From: an uncultured Gemmatimonadales bacterium
GTDB lineage: Bacteria; Gemmatimonadota; Gemmatimonadetes; Gemmatimonadales; GWC2-71-9
Length of the DNA stretch: 64,000 nt
Assembly: GCA_963729985.1 (NCBI GenBank)
Contig: CAVSPJ010000008.1
Coordinates: 652,705 to 716,704, forward strand
Direction of reading: 5' to 3'
The position numbers and the translations under genes are program-made. Numbering within the stretch: position 1 is the first letter of the stretch; each line of letters starts with the position of its first letter. This document shows, one piece after another, positions 36,257 to 49,489 of the stretch. Below the pieces are notes generated by a model. The model had not been told where the DNA came from and searched no databases. It saw nothing but the letters and a program-made list of their open reading frames with translations.

Positions 36257-36622
36257 ATGCCCTTGGAACCAGCCGATCCTGTCGCCGCGCCAGCGGACGC
36301 TTTGGCGCAGCACGCCCGATCAGTGGAGCGACTGCTACAGGTGCTGCTCGCTTTCGCGGCCGGCTTCACCCTTATCTTCAGCGCCGGCCTCATGGTCGTG
36401 ATCGGTGGTGGGCGTGCCCACCTGGCAGGCCGCCTCATGATCGCCGTCACCGCGCTCCTGGCCCTGGGTGCGATCGACTCGGGAGCTACCCGGCTGGCGA
36501 AGCGGCGGCGCCCCTTACTCGCGCCGGATTCACCCGGCTACCGGCGCTTCGTGGTGTGGAGCGCCCTGGGCCTTCTGCTGGCGGCGATGCTGCTTCTGGG
36601 TCTGGCGTGGTTCCTGCCCTGA
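36257..36622 (+). CDS. hypothetical membrane protein
   Basis: MPLEPADP... with 3 TM segments. Confidence 0.45.
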   Translation: MPLEPADPVAAPADALAQHARSVERLLQVLLAFAAGFTLIFSAGLMVVIGGGRAHLAGRLMIAVTALLALGAIDSGATRLAKRRRPLLAPDSPGYRRFVVWSALGLLLAAMLLLGLAWFLP

Positions 36623-37191
36623 GCTCGGTATTCATCGCGACGAGCCTCGACGGCTTCATCGCGCGGCTGGACGGCGGGCTGGACTGGCTGCCGGCCGGCG
36701 GTGGCGAGTCTCACGGCTACGACGAGTTCATCGCTACGGTGGATGCGATCGTCATCGGCCGCAAGACGTTCGAGACGGTGCTGGCCTTCGATGCCTGGCC
36801 CTACGGGACGACGCCGGTGGTGGTGCTCAGCACCATGCCGGCGGCATTGCGCAAACCCGAGGGCGCGGTGTGCGAGATGATGACGGGCCCCCCGCGCGAG
36901 ATCGTATCCCGCCTCGAGCAACGTGGGATGAAGCATCTCTATGTCGATGGCGGAGTGACCATCCAGGGCTTCCTCCGGGCCGGCCTGATCCAGCGCCTGA
37001 TCATCACGCGCATCCCGGTGCTGCTCGGAAGCGGGATGCCGCTATTCGGGTCTCTATCCCACGACGTGCGGTTGAAGCACATCGCAACCCGGACCTATCC
37101 GAGCGGCCTGGTGCAGAGCGAGTACCGGATCGAGGACGACGGTGACGTCATACCCTCCACAGAACCGGGATGGGACAACTCACCGACATGA
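36607..37191 (+). CDS. dihydrofolate reductase-like (RibD C-terminal domain) protein
   Basis: ...VFIATSLDGFIARLDGGLDWL...DAIVIGRKTFE...HLYVDGGVTIQGFLRAGLIQRLIITRIPVLLGSG. Confidence 0.7.
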   Translation: MVPALSSVFIATSLDGFIARLDGGLDWLPAGGGESHGYDEFIATVDAIVIGRKTFETVLAFDAWPYGTTPVVVLSTMPAALRKPEGAVCEMMTGPPREIVSRLEQRGMKHLYVDGGVTIQGFLRAGLIQRLIITRIPVLLGSGMPLFGSLSHDVRLKHIATRTYPSGLVQSEYRIEDDGDVIPSTEPGWDNSPT

Positions 37192-37403
37192 CACCCGGGT
37201 CGGTGAAGGGCCTGCGCCTCGTGGTCGCGGACGTACATGCGGCGCGGCCGGCGCTGCTCGAGCGCGAACTCGACGTCGGCCGGGTCTCGGATTTCACCAG
37301 CGTCAAGTACGCCGAATTCAGCGACCCCGACGGCAACGTGTGGTTGTTACAGGAGTTTCCCCCTGAACTGCGGCAGCCGGGGCAAAGCTTCCATAAGAAG
37401 TGA
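37170..37403 (+). CDS. single-module VOC/glyoxalase-like fragment protein
   Basis: ...GLRLVVADV...AEFSDPDGNVWLLQE. Only about 70 aa, half of a VOC domain pair. Confidence 0.4.
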   Translation: MGQLTDMTPGSVKGLRLVVADVHAARPALLERELDVGRVSDFTSVKYAEFSDPDGNVWLLQEFPPELRQPGQSFHKK

Positions 37404-38239
37404 TTTCCGAGAAAGTGCCCCCGATGCCGCGACGAAGTCCGCGCCCGAAACCCGCATTCACCGCCCGGAACGCCGATCGCCATGCTCTCTACCAGCTCGC
37501 CGTCCAGGATGCCGCAACGGAGGGGCGGTTCCTCGCCCGAACGTTCGAGAGGATCGCGGGACGCAAGGCCGCGTCCCTGCGGGAGGACTTCTGTGGGACG
37601 GCCCTGCTCTGCGCGGAGTGGGTGAAGAAAAAATATCGCACGGCGGTCGGCGTCGACCTCGACCGGGAAGTGCTCGCGTGGGGCGCCGCGCACAACCTCA
37701 CCCGGCTGGGCGACCGGGCAGCCCGCGTCCAGCTGCGCCGACAGGACGTGCGGGCCCCTTGCCGCGGCCCCTTCGACCTGAGTGTGGCGCTCAACTTCAG
37801 CTACTTCACCTTCCGGACTCGCGGAGATCTCCGGGGATACTTCGCGGGCGTGCGCCGCTCCATGGCCCGCGATGGGCTCTTCGTGCTCGACGCGTACGGG
37901 GGCTACCAGTCCTGGCGGCGCCAGGTGGAGCGCCGCCGGCTGCGCGGCTTCACTTACATCTGGGACCAGGCCCGGGTGGATCCCATCGATCATTTGGTGG
38001 TGAACCACATCCATTTCGAGTTTCCCAACGGCACCCGCATGAGACGCGCCTTCACCTACCAGTGGCGGCTGTGGACGATACCGGAGATCCGCGAGCTCCT
38101 GGCCGAGGCGGGCTTCTCCCGCTCGACCGCGTATTGGGAGGACCGCGACGCAAACGGAATCGGCACCGGCACGTATCGACCCAGGACCCACGTGGCCCAG
38201 ACCCCGGCCTGGGTCGCCTACATCCTCGCGGAGCGGTAG
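37400..38239 (+). CDS. class I SAM-dependent methyltransferase
   Basis: ...LREDFCGTALLCAEWVKKKYRTAVGVDLDREVL... Start is GTG 37400 or ATG 37424. Confidence 0.65.
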   Translation: MISEKVPPMPRRSPRPKPAFTARNADRHALYQLAVQDAATEGRFLARTFERIAGRKAASLREDFCGTALLCAEWVKKKYRTAVGVDLDREVLAWGAAHNLTRLGDRAARVQLRRQDVRAPCRGPFDLSVALNFSYFTFRTRGDLRGYFAGVRRSMARDGLFVLDAYGGYQSWRRQVERRRLRGFTYIWDQARVDPIDHLVVNHIHFEFPNGTRMRRAFTYQWRLWTIPEIRELLAEAGFSRSTAYWEDRDANGIGTGTYRPRTHVAQTPAWVAYILAER

Positions 38240-38361
38240 ATCGAGTCGGTGCGTCCTTCGTCGACGGCATTTCCGCCGAATCCCTTCGACTGGCGTAACG
38301 CCAAGAAAAAGAACATGTTGCAGCTGGATTACTGCTCGTCACGGTGTCCTTCGGAGGTCCC

Positions 38362-39061
38362 GTGATCATCTCGGTCAAGAACCACTCCAAGATTCCCGAC
38401 CAAGAGGTTCTCGCCGCCGTTCGCGCGGTCAACCGCCAGATCGCGGAGGACTTCGATCCCTACTGGGACCTCGGCGGCACGCTCCGCCTCGCCGACCGCC
38501 GGTCGCGGCGGCTCGAGGCGGATGCCATCATCCGGCTCGTTCCCCACGGCCATGACTACCACTGGAGCCCAACCGGCATCCCCGAGGCCCATGTCTTCAC
38601 CGAATTGTCCCAGCTGTCGCGGGAGTCGGTTCCGTGGCTCACCTGGACCAACTCTCTCTCGCACGAAGCCCTCGAGCTGATCGCCGATCCCCAGCTCAAC
38701 ACGCTGGTGCGCGGCCCCCACCCGGTCCACCCCAAGCGGAGCGTGTTTCATTACCGCGAGGTCTGCGATCCGGTCCAGAGCGAGACGTACCTGATCGACG
38801 GGGTCACCGTTTCGAACTTCGTTCTGCCACACTACTACAACGCCATGGGTGAGTCCGGCGGGCGAAACGACTTTCTCGGCACGGGCGTGCCGGCGTTCCG
38901 CTGGAACGAGAACGGCATCATCGGGTTTTGGGACCCCCGCCAGGGGGCCCGGGGCCGCTACGTCATGTGGCCTCGATACAACCAAAGCCACCTGGTCACC
39001 AAGTACCGCCTGGCAAAGGGGACTTCCGGCCGCCTCTATCGATACGCGAGCCCGAAGGTCA

Positions 39062-39078
<17 letters not shown>
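38362..39078 (+). CDS. hypothetical protein
   Basis: GTG 38362 after GGAGG. 238 aa containing ...SLSHEALELIADPQLN... No family recognised. Its 3' end overlaps the kinase start by 17 nt. Confidence 0.5.
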
Positions 39079-41937
<2,859 letters not shown>

Positions 41938-41941
<4 letters not shown>

Positions 41942-43188
41942 ACGGACTGGGCCGATGGCCGCACCAGGAGGACCGAGGGCAGGGCCGGGTCGGCCAAGCC
42001 GAGATAGAAGTAGCCGATGCCGGCAAGCCCGATCATCAGCGACGGGTTGCTGCCGCGGCGCACCCCGCAGGGCCAGTCGGCCGGTGCACCCGCGAAGCGC
42101 GCCGCGCCGGCTGCTGCAGCAGCCCACACCAGCTCCCCGATGTCGGCGTGACCGAGCACCTGAGACGCGTAGCGGAGAATCTCGCCCAGCCCGGCACGTC
42201 CGTGACAGAGGGAGAAATCGCCGTCGACCCAGCGGTCGCGGTCGGCCAGGGCGGATCGGGTGGTCCGCATCGCCGCTTCCGCATCGGCTCGGCAGGTGTC
42301 GAAGCCAAGCTCGACGGCGCGCAGGCGGGTGAGCCCGATGCCCGGCGCCCCGTGGCACCATGCCTCACACACCGGCGCGTCGTCTCCGTCCTCCTCGCGG
42401 AAATCGGGCCAGTTGTCCTCCGTGGGGCGAAACCACCGGCTCTCGTACCGGAAGGCCTGATGTGCCGCCTCGATCATCTCGCGGTCGCCGGTGGCGTTGC
42501 CGAGCTCGAGCAGCGACCACCCGATCCCCGCGGCGCCATGCGCCAGGCCGGTGAGCGGGCGCACCGCCTCCACGCCACCGAGGCGCGCTGGCCAGGACCA
42601 TCCCTCGTCGCCTCTGGTGGCGACCGCGACCGTTCGGCGGCCGAGCCTCATGGCCAGGTCGCGGAACTCGGGGCGGCTCAGCCCCTCGGCCAGTGCCAGG
42701 AGCGGGCCGATCGCTCCCGTGCCACCCGAGATGAGGTCGACCACGAGCTCGCCGTCCGCCGCGCCAGCGAGGCGGCCGAACATAGCGGCGGCGCCGGCTT
42801 CGAGGTCGGAGCGCTCCAGCGACCGGCCGATCATCGCCGCGGCATACGCGATGCCCACCTGCCCGGTATAGAAACCGGCCCGAGCCGGTGGCGGGATGGT
42901 GTCGAGCCGGTCCAGCGCATAACCGATTCCGGCCAGCGCCGCGTCTCGCCACCGCCCGCTTCCCGTTCGCCGGCAGGCCTCGGACAGAAAGAGGGCCACA
43001 CCGCTGGTGCCGCCGTACAATTCCGGTCCCAGTGTTCCGTAGGTGAAATCCACCTGGTCGGACCCGTCCTCCACGTCCTGGGTCATGCCCATCCAGGTAC
43101 ACCGGTCGCCGTGACTGAAGGCCGTGTCGCAGAGGTGATCCGCGATGCGGGCCGACACCGCGAGCGCCGCCTGAGCATCGAAGGTCAC
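41938..43188 (-). CDS. LanC-like lanthionine synthetase C family protein (cyclase)
   Basis: Motifs GLAHGAAGIGW, EAWCHGAPGIG and FSLCHGRAGLG (Zn-ligand Cys/Cys-His pattern). The GTG start overlaps the upstream stop as GTGA. Confidence 0.8.
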
Positions 43189-44183
43189 CGCGAGTCCTCG
43201 TGGAGCGGTGCAAAGTCGTCCGGCGAGCCGGGGTTCAGGTAGATCCGGTCCAGATCATACCCGTCCCGCGCCAGCCGGGACGCTACCAAGGCGACGCGTT
43301 CGGGCCCCGAGCGAAGCGCGACGCACTCCGGGTCGGTGAGGATGCCGGCGAGCAGCCGGCCGCGGTGCTCGCCGAAGCTCGATCCGTCGCCCGGGTCTTC
43401 CGCGAGCCCGACCCCCGGAGCAATTCGTTTCACCAGCAGCGATACCGTGGATCGCAGCCACGGTGCGATCTCGACATGGACCTTCCGCAGGATCGGTCTG
43501 CCCTTCGGGTAATCGTCCCGGGCCAGGTAAAGCACCGCGGGATCGGTGCGATGGTAGCGCAGCGGCTCGCTGAGGACCTTGAGCTGGAATCCGACGCCGG
43601 CTTCGTTGAGGCGCCGGGTCATCAGGCCGACCAGCCGTTCCGCACCGGCGGGCGCGAGATGCCAGTACAGCCGGACCACGTTACCCGCGTCACGGGTATC
43701 GTCGGCGTTGCCGTGGGCGAGGTAGAAGCCCGAGGCCAGCTCGAAGTACTCTTTGGGGATTCGGACGGCGCCGCCCCGGCCGAGAGTGACGGAGCCGTCC
43801 ACCGGCCGGTACTCGCCGGAAGGGACCCAGAACCGGACTCCGTGGCGCTCGGCCACGATGCGGCTGTCAACCTCGATCCCTCGGGCGGTCCAGCCGGCCT
43901 GCCAGGTACCCGATCCCGAGTTCGCCGACGACAGCCGGTCCGCCAAGTCCCGCGCACCAACCCAGTCGGTGAAGCCTTGCGCGACCGCTCCTCGGGGCGG
44001 GACCCGGCAGTGGAGCGATGAGTAGATCTCCTCGGCGAGCGCGGCCGGCAGCGTGGACCCGGCCGCCGGGGAGGCGCCGCCGAGGGACAACTGGTGCCGC
44101 CGCCCCAGGAGGGTGAAGGAGGAAGGCGGGTCGACCCCCACCGAATGGAGTGCGGCGCGGAGATCCTCGCTGGCGAGCGTCAC
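43185..44183 (-). CDS. HopA1-like protein (putative phospho-Ser/Thr lyase partner of the kinase)
   Basis: ...VVRLYWHLAPAGAERLVGLMTRRLNEAGVGFQLKVLSEPLRYHRTDPAVLYLARDDY... fits my recollection of the 'T3SS effector HopA1 family' pattern. GTG 44183 overlaps the kinase stop as GTGA. Confidence 0.55.
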   Translation of the reverse strand: MTLASEDLRAALHSVGVDPPSSFTLLGRRHQLSLGGASPAAGSTLPAALAEEIYSSLHCRVPPRGAVAQGFTDWVGARDLADRLSSANSGSGTWQAGWTARGIEVDSRIVAERHGVRFWVPSGEYRPVDGSVTLGRGGAVRIPKEYFELASGFYLAHGNADDTRDAGNVVRLYWHLAPAGAERLVGLMTRRLNEAGVGFQLKVLSEPLRYHRTDPAVLYLARDDYPKGRPILRKVHVEIAPWLRSTVSLLVKRIAPGVGLAEDPGDGSSFGEHRGRLLAGILTDPECVALRSGPERVALVASRLARDGYDLDRIYLNPGSPDDFAPLHEDSR

Positions 44184-45355
44184 ACTGGCTCCCGACCGTT
44201 CCCACCAAGGCCGAGGACGACGGCGCGCGCCTCGTCGGGTCTCAAGAACATGTTGAGGCCGAGCTGGAGAATGGCCGCGGCGCTCCGGGGCATGTGTGCT
44301 TCGGCCTGGCTCCACTCATAGGCCGACTTGAGAAGCCGGGTGGCCACATGGCCCGGCAGACGGTCCAGGAAGGAGTTGGCTTCCATCCCAGTCAGGCGGG
44401 CCGCGGCGAGGTAATCGGCCCAGAAGTCGCGGTGGGCCGCATAAAGCCCTGGAATCACGCTGCCCAGGAGCGCCGCCGCTGCCTCGGGGGTGGTCCCGTC
44501 GGTCAGTTCCAGTCCCAGCACCGCCTCCGTGAGAGTTGCGTGGAGGACGGAACCGACATCCCACGCAGGATCGCCCAGCTGGGCGAGCTCCCAGTCCAGC
44601 AGGATTATCCCGGCCGGAGTGCCCGCGCCGTCCGTTTGGAGCAGGACGTTGTTCCACTTGAAGTCGCCGTGAACGAGCCGGGTCGGCCGCCACTGGTTCC
44701 GCAGCCGGTCCAGGGCCGCCATCGCGGCCGGCTGTGCCTGAATGGCCCGGATCACGTCGAGCTGTGCCGGTGCGAGCTCGCTCAGGCTCGCGGGTGCCGG
44801 GCGGGCGATGTCGAACACCCAGGGCGCCGCCTGGGGCAGCTTCGTCCCGATATGCCGGTCGAGCCCGACCGGCAGGCGATGGCAGTCCGCCAAGGCGGTC
44901 GCCGCCATCCGGCGCGAGATCGCGAGGTAAAGTGGTGAGGCCTGGTCTTCCAGTACCTCGAGGCGGGTGGCCTCGGTGATCAGGTCGAGGACCAGGATGG
45001 AGCGCTCGGGATCGTAGTGGCGCCGGCGCGGAAACATGCGGCGGACTCCCGCCGCTCGGAGCTCGGTCGCGACCCAGTCATACAGAGCAGCCTCGATGGC
45101 GAGGGGGCCATCGGTACCGATCTCACCCCGTGGGGCTTGCTTCAGGAAGTAAGTCTGTCCCGGACCGCCGACCACCCTGAAGTTGCGGTTCCGACCGGGA
45201 ACCTCCTCGATCCGGAGTCCGTGGTGGACTATGGAGGCGAGATCGAGGAGGCCGAGATTAAGCAGGTAGGGTACGCTCGAGTCCAGGGTCAATTCCGGCC
45301 GCGACCCGGTGACAACCGCATGGGTGGGCCGGTTGTGCCCCGGACTCGATGCCAA
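44180..45355 (-). CDS. aminoglycoside-phosphotransferase (APH)/protein-kinase-like fold kinase
   Basis: Catalytic loop LVHGDFKWNNVLL and metal-binding ILLDWELAQLGDPAWDVG. The TTG start at 45355 is uncertain. Confidence 0.75.
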   Translation of the reverse strand: MASSPGHNRPTHAVVTGSRPELTLDSSVPYLLNLGLLDLASIVHHGLRIEEVPGRNRNFRVVGGPGQTYFLKQAPRGEIGTDGPLAIEAALYDWVATELRAAGVRRMFPRRRHYDPERSILVLDLITEATRLEVLEDQASPLYLAISRRMAATALADCHRLPVGLDRHIGTKLPQAAPWVFDIARPAPASLSELAPAQLDVIRAIQAQPAAMAALDRLRNQWRPTRLVHGDFKWNNVLLQTDGAGTPAGIILLDWELAQLGDPAWDVGSVLHATLTEAVLGLELTDGTTPEAAAALLGSVIPGLYAAHRDFWADYLAAARLTGMEANSFLDRLPGHVATRLLKSAYEWSQAEAHMPRSAAAILQLGLNMFLRPDEARAVVLGLGGNGREPV

Positions 45356-45386
45356 CAGTGATCCCGTGCGCCGGTCGCTCGGCGCG

Positions 45387-45578
45387 CTAGCAGGTCTTCT
45401 TGCCGGTGCCGCATCCCGGTCCGCGGCGGGTCGGCTTGGTCTTCGGCTTGGGCTTCTTGGTCGACTTCTTCTTCGCGCCCTTCTTCTTCTTGGCCGCCAT
45501 CACCGCCACGCCACCATCCTCGTCGCTCCAGTGCTGCGCCATCACGTCGCCCGAAAAGAATCTTGCCTCGTCGGTCAT
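45387..45578 (-). CDS. 63-aa candidate precursor peptide (acidic N-terminal half, Lys-rich Ser/Thr/Cys C-terminal half)
   Basis: MTDEARFFSGDVMAQHWSDEDGGVAVMAAKKKKGAKKKSTKKPKPKTKPTRRGPGCGTGKKTC*. GGGGAG lies 9 nt upstream of the ATG. Its stop codon lies 31 nt upstream of the kinase gene start (it is the first gene of the operon). Confidence 0.55.
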   Translation of the reverse strand: MTDEARFFSGDVMAQHWSDEDGGVAVMAAKKKKGAKKKSTKKPKPKTKPTRRGPGCGTGKKTC

Positions 45579-45832
45579 GTGGATGCGCTCCCCGGTTGGC
45601 CCGGTTGGAAGGAAACTGGCCGGCAAATCCGACGCCGTGCGTGGATAGTATGCGGCTGCGATCCGCCGCGCGCAATTCCGCGCGGCAGGGCTCGACAACC
45701 CACCCAGGGCCGGCGCCCGCTTGACCACCGCCGGTAATGCGCTTCTCGTTAGGAGAAGATCGCGAGTTCGCCGCGGGGGCGCTGGGAGGGCGGCATGCCA
45801 GGTGCGCGGTGCACTACTCAAAGGAGATACAC

Positions 45833-46120
45833 ATGGCCGACATTCGCCTTTTCACGAAGCCAGGGTGTCCTCACTGCGCGGATGCCAAGGCGTGGCTCGA
45901 GCAGCACGGGTGCGCCTTCGATGTGCTCGATATCACCAAGGACGTGGCGGTGCTGCGGGAGTGGCGCGAGCTCAGCGGCGGGGTGGGGGTTCCCGTCCTT
46001 GCCCACGGTCGCGATCTCGTCATCGGGTTCAGTCCGGAGCGCTACGGCGAGTTCCTCACCGCGTGCCGGCACACGACGAGCGTTGACCCGGCCGAGACGG
46101 AGGCTCAGCTCCGGGCCTAG
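45833..46120 (+). CDS. glutaredoxin-like (NrdH/Grx family) protein
   Basis: [26 protein letters not shown]...[21 protein letters not shown] is the SD. Confidence 0.8.
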   Translation: MADIRLFTKPGCPHCADAKAWLEQHGCAFDVLDITKDVAVLREWRELSGGVGVPVLAHGRDLVIGFSPERYGEFLTACRHTTSVDPAETEAQLRA

Positions 46121-47952
46121 TCGTGTGCGCCAAGCGCCCGATCCAGGTTATAGGCTGCGCTGATCAGGGCCAGGTGGGTGAACGCCTGAGGGAAGTTGCC
46201 CAGGGCCTCGCCGCTGGGCCCGGTTTCCTCCGCGAAGAGACCGACGTGGTTGGCGTAACCCAGCATCTCCTCGAACATGAGCCGGGCCCGGTCCAGCCGC
46301 TTGCGGTCCACCCTGCCGGCGCGGGTGAGGGCTTCGACCAGCCAGAAGGTGCAGATGTTGAAGGTTCCTTCCTCGCCTCGGAGGCCATCCCGCGTCTCTC
46401 GGGTATCGTAGCGGTAGACCAGACTGTTCGACACCAGGCCCCCCTGTTCCGGCGGGGCCAGGACAGCGTCCAGAGTCTTGAGATTCCGGGGGTCGCCCGG
46501 AGACAGGAACAGCACCAGCGGCATCATCAGGTTCGCCGCATCGAGCGTGGTGCTGTCGTATGACTGTACGAACGCCTGGCGTTCCTCGCTCCATCCCCGG
46601 CTCATGATCTCCTCGTAAATCTGGTCGCGGACCTTGAGCCATCGCTCCCAGTCGGCCGGGAAGGAGCGCTTCTGCGCCAGTCGGAGCGCGCGGTCCACGG
46701 CCACCCAGCACATGAGCTTGGAGTACACGAAGTGCCGCTGGCCGCCCCGCACCTCCCAGATCCCCTCGTCGGTGCGCTGCCAGTTGTCGCACACCCAGTT
46801 GACCAGACGCCGGAGGTAGCGCCACAGCTCGTAGGAGATCGGCACACCGTGTTTGTTGAAGAGGTACACCGAGTCCATCAGCTCCCCATAGATGTCGAGC
46901 TGGAGCTGGTCGTAGGCGCCGTTGCCGATCCGCACCGGACGGGAGCCCCGATATCCCTCCAGGTGGTCCAGGATCTCTTCATCCAGCCGATGCCGGCCGT
47001 CGATGCCGTACATGACCTGCAGCGTGCCTTCAGGGGACAGCTCCCGGCAGCGTGCCTCCAGCCACTCCATGAACTGTCCGGCCTCCTCGGTGAAGCCGAT
47101 GCGCAGAAGGCCGTAGATCGTGAAAGCGGCGTCCCGGATCCAGGTGTAACGGTAGTCCCAGTTCCGCTCGCCGCCTATGCCTTCGGGCAGGCTGCAGGTC
47201 GGAGCTGCTACGATGGCCCCGGTCGGCCGGAAGGTCAGCAGCTTCAATGCCAGCGCGGACCGGTGCACCGTCTCCCGCCATCGTCCGCGGTAGGTGCAGC
47301 GCGACAGCCACCGCCGCCAGTACTCCACCGTGCTGATGGTCAGCGCTTCGGCCCGGTCCTCCGATAGCAGCGCGTCGGGGCCGGTGCGCTCGTCCACCTC
47401 GCCCAGCACGAAGATGGCGGTTTCCCCGGCCTGCAGGGTGAACTCGGCTTCGACCCCGCGCGCGTGCCGCTCGAGGGGCAGGGAGGTGGCCAGAGCCACG
47501 CTGAGCGTCGCGGTTCGGAAACAGGCACCGGCCTGCGACACATCGGTGGCGTGCTGGTCCCGGGCATAGTTGAAGGCGGGGAAGCACTCGAGCCGGAACG
47601 TCATGGCGCCGCGAATCACCTGGACCCGACGCACCACCTGATGGGGTCGCTCGTCCATGGTGTCCAGATCCAACGGCATGAAGTCGATGATCTGCCCCAC
47701 GCCGTCGGGGTGGAGGAACCGGGTGACGAGGACGTTGGTGTCCGGCCAGTAGAATTGCTTGCGGCGGCTGCCGTCAGCCGCCGGTTGGATCCGGAAGTGG
47801 CCGCCTTTGCCGTGGTCCAGCAGTGCGGCGAAGATGCTGGGCGAGTCGAAGTGGGGGTAGCACAGCCAGTCGATAGAGCCGTCGAGGCCCACCAGGCCCA
47901 CGGTGTGAAGGTCGCCGATGAGTCCGTAGTTCTCGATGGGCTGGTACGACAT
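46117..47952 (-). CDS. glycoside hydrolase family 15 (glucoamylase/trehalase-like)
   Basis: [46 protein letters not shown]...[14 protein letters not shown]... Confidence 0.85.
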   Translation of the reverse strand: MSYQPIENYGLIGDLHTVGLVGLDGSIDWLCYPHFDSPSIFAALLDHGKGGHFRIQPAADGSRRKQFYWPDTNVLVTRFLHPDGVGQIIDFMPLDLDTMDERPHQVVRRVQVIRGAMTFRLECFPAFNYARDQHATDVSQAGACFRTATLSVALATSLPLERHARGVEAEFTLQAGETAIFVLGEVDERTGPDALLSEDRAEALTISTVEYWRRWLSRCTYRGRWRETVHRSALALKLLTFRPTGAIVAAPTCSLPEGIGGERNWDYRYTWIRDAAFTIYGLLRIGFTEEAGQFMEWLEARCRELSPEGTLQVMYGIDGRHRLDEEILDHLEGYRGSRPVRIGNGAYDQLQLDIYGELMDSVYLFNKHGVPISYELWRYLRRLVNWVCDNWQRTDEGIWEVRGGQRHFVYSKLMCWVAVDRALRLAQKRSFPADWERWLKVRDQIYEEIMSRGWSEERQAFVQSYDSTTLDAANLMMPLVLFLSPGDPRNLKTLDAVLAPPEQGGLVSNSLVYRYDTRETRDGLRGEEGTFNICTFWLVEALTRAGRVDRKRLDRARLMFEEMLGYANHVGLFAEETGPSGEALGNFPQAFTHLALISAAYNLDRALGAHD

Positions 47953-48348
47953 CGTGCCTCCTTCGAGGGCGGCGGGAGGTGGCCGGGCGGAAAAGAAACG
48001 TCTCCCCGGGAGCTTCGGATTGGTGTGAGACGCCGTCAGGCTGCGCCTTCCTCGGGAGACCGACCGCGCGACTGGCAGGTGCGGAGCATGGTCGCGATCC
48101 GGGTACGCAGGGCCGGCGGGGTCCGGACCTCGCGCAGGCGTCCCTTCAGTCTTTCGCCGGGATTGCGGGTCGATCCGACCGCAGCAGTATTGGTAGCCTG
48201 GAGCGCTCTAAGTCAAGGCTAGAGCTCCCGCCCGCCGGAATTACGAGGCGAGGAAGCTCGAGCGAGGGATTGATCGGAGGGAGACCGGCTGGAGGTCTCG
48301 CGGGTGGGTGCAGTGTCTCCTGAGTCAAGCACAGGCAAATCTATCGGC

Positions 48349-48855
48349 ATGGTGCTGAGCGCTAGCGTCGTCGACATTACCACCCTCCACGCCGACGCCA
48401 TCGTCAACGCGGCCAACGAGGCGCTGGCGCCCGGTGGGGGCGTCTGCGGCGCCATCCATCGCGCCGCCGGCCTTGAGCTGGCCCGAGCGTGCGCCCTTAT
48501 CGGCGGCTGCCCGACCGGCGAGGCCCGTCTGACGCCCGGCTTCGACCTTCCAGCCAAGTTCGTCATCCACGCTGTCGGGCCGGTCTGGTACGGAGGTGGC
48601 GCGGGGGAGCCGGAGTTGCTGGCTTCGGCGTATCACGCGGCCATCCGGCTGGCGGCCAGGTACGGTCTGCGCAGTATCGCGTTCCCCGCCATCAGCACCG
48701 GGATCTACGGGTACCCGCTCCAGCCCGCCACCGAGGTGGCGGTTGCCGCGGTTCGTCGGGCGCTGACAGCGGGGTCGAGTCTGGAGCAGGTCATCTTCGC
48801 CTGCTTCAGTCCGGAAGTCCTGCGAGCCTATCGCCAGGCGGGGATCACGGCGTGA
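48349..48855 (+). CDS. macro-domain protein (O-acetyl-ADP-ribose deacetylase-like)
   Basis: ...ADAIVNAANEALAPGGGVCGAIHRAAG...FVIHAVGPVW...SIAFPAISTGIYGYP. Confidence 0.85.
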   Translation: MVLSASVVDITTLHADAIVNAANEALAPGGGVCGAIHRAAGLELARACALIGGCPTGEARLTPGFDLPAKFVIHAVGPVWYGGGAGEPELLASAYHAAIRLAARYGLRSIAFPAISTGIYGYPLQPATEVAVAAVRRALTAGSSLEQVIFACFSPEVLRAYRQAGITA

Positions 48856-48925
48856 CCATCGTCCGGCCGGTCGCTGCTGGGCGTCCGCCTGACCCGGCGT
48901 AAACAGCCGGCGGCCGAGATCGTGA

Positions 48926-49335
48926 GAGACCAGCCCTCTCGGTGTCGGTAACTCTTTGAAATCCGCCGGCCTGATCGCCCGAAGCGTGCCGGCGATCCTC
49001 GGCGCGATGGAGCGCGCGGGTGTACGTCGTCTGATCTTCACTTCCGGATACGGCGTCGGGGCGACCCGTAGGGACATGCCGCTTCTCCCGAAAATGCTGA
49101 TCCGCCTTCTGCTTCGAGACATCCCTGCCGACAAGGGAAACAACTCATCCAGCGGAGCGGACTCGACGGGACCCTGGTCTATCCGGCAACTCTCACGAAT
49201 GGAGCCCCCACCGGTCGGTATCGGGTCGGTCAGCGCCTTCGCCTGCGGGGACTTCCCAAGATCTCGCGGGCTGATGTCGCCGACTTCCTCCTGAGCCAGA
49301 TCGCACCCGAACCTTCCTGCGCAAAGGTGTGCTGA
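48926..49335 (+). pseudogene. NAD(P)H-binding (NmrA/BVR-B-like) oxidoreductase remnant, 5'-truncated and frameshifted
   Basis: ...ILGAMERAGVRRLIFTSGYGVG...LLRDIPADKG, then in another frame KQLIQRSGLDGTLVYPATLTNGAPTGRYRVGQ...ADVADFLL... No Rossmann N-terminus is present. Confidence 0.5.
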
Positions 49336-49489
49336 TCAGTTCCTGACCTTTCGTCCGCGGCCAAGTATGGAAATCAATCGGTCCGGCCAGGTCGCGACCC
49401 TGACCAATCCCGGGGACAGCGCGTATGTTGGTCAGATCTCCCAACAACCGAGGACCGGCCACACTCCTCTTTCGATCCGAGGTGTCTCC

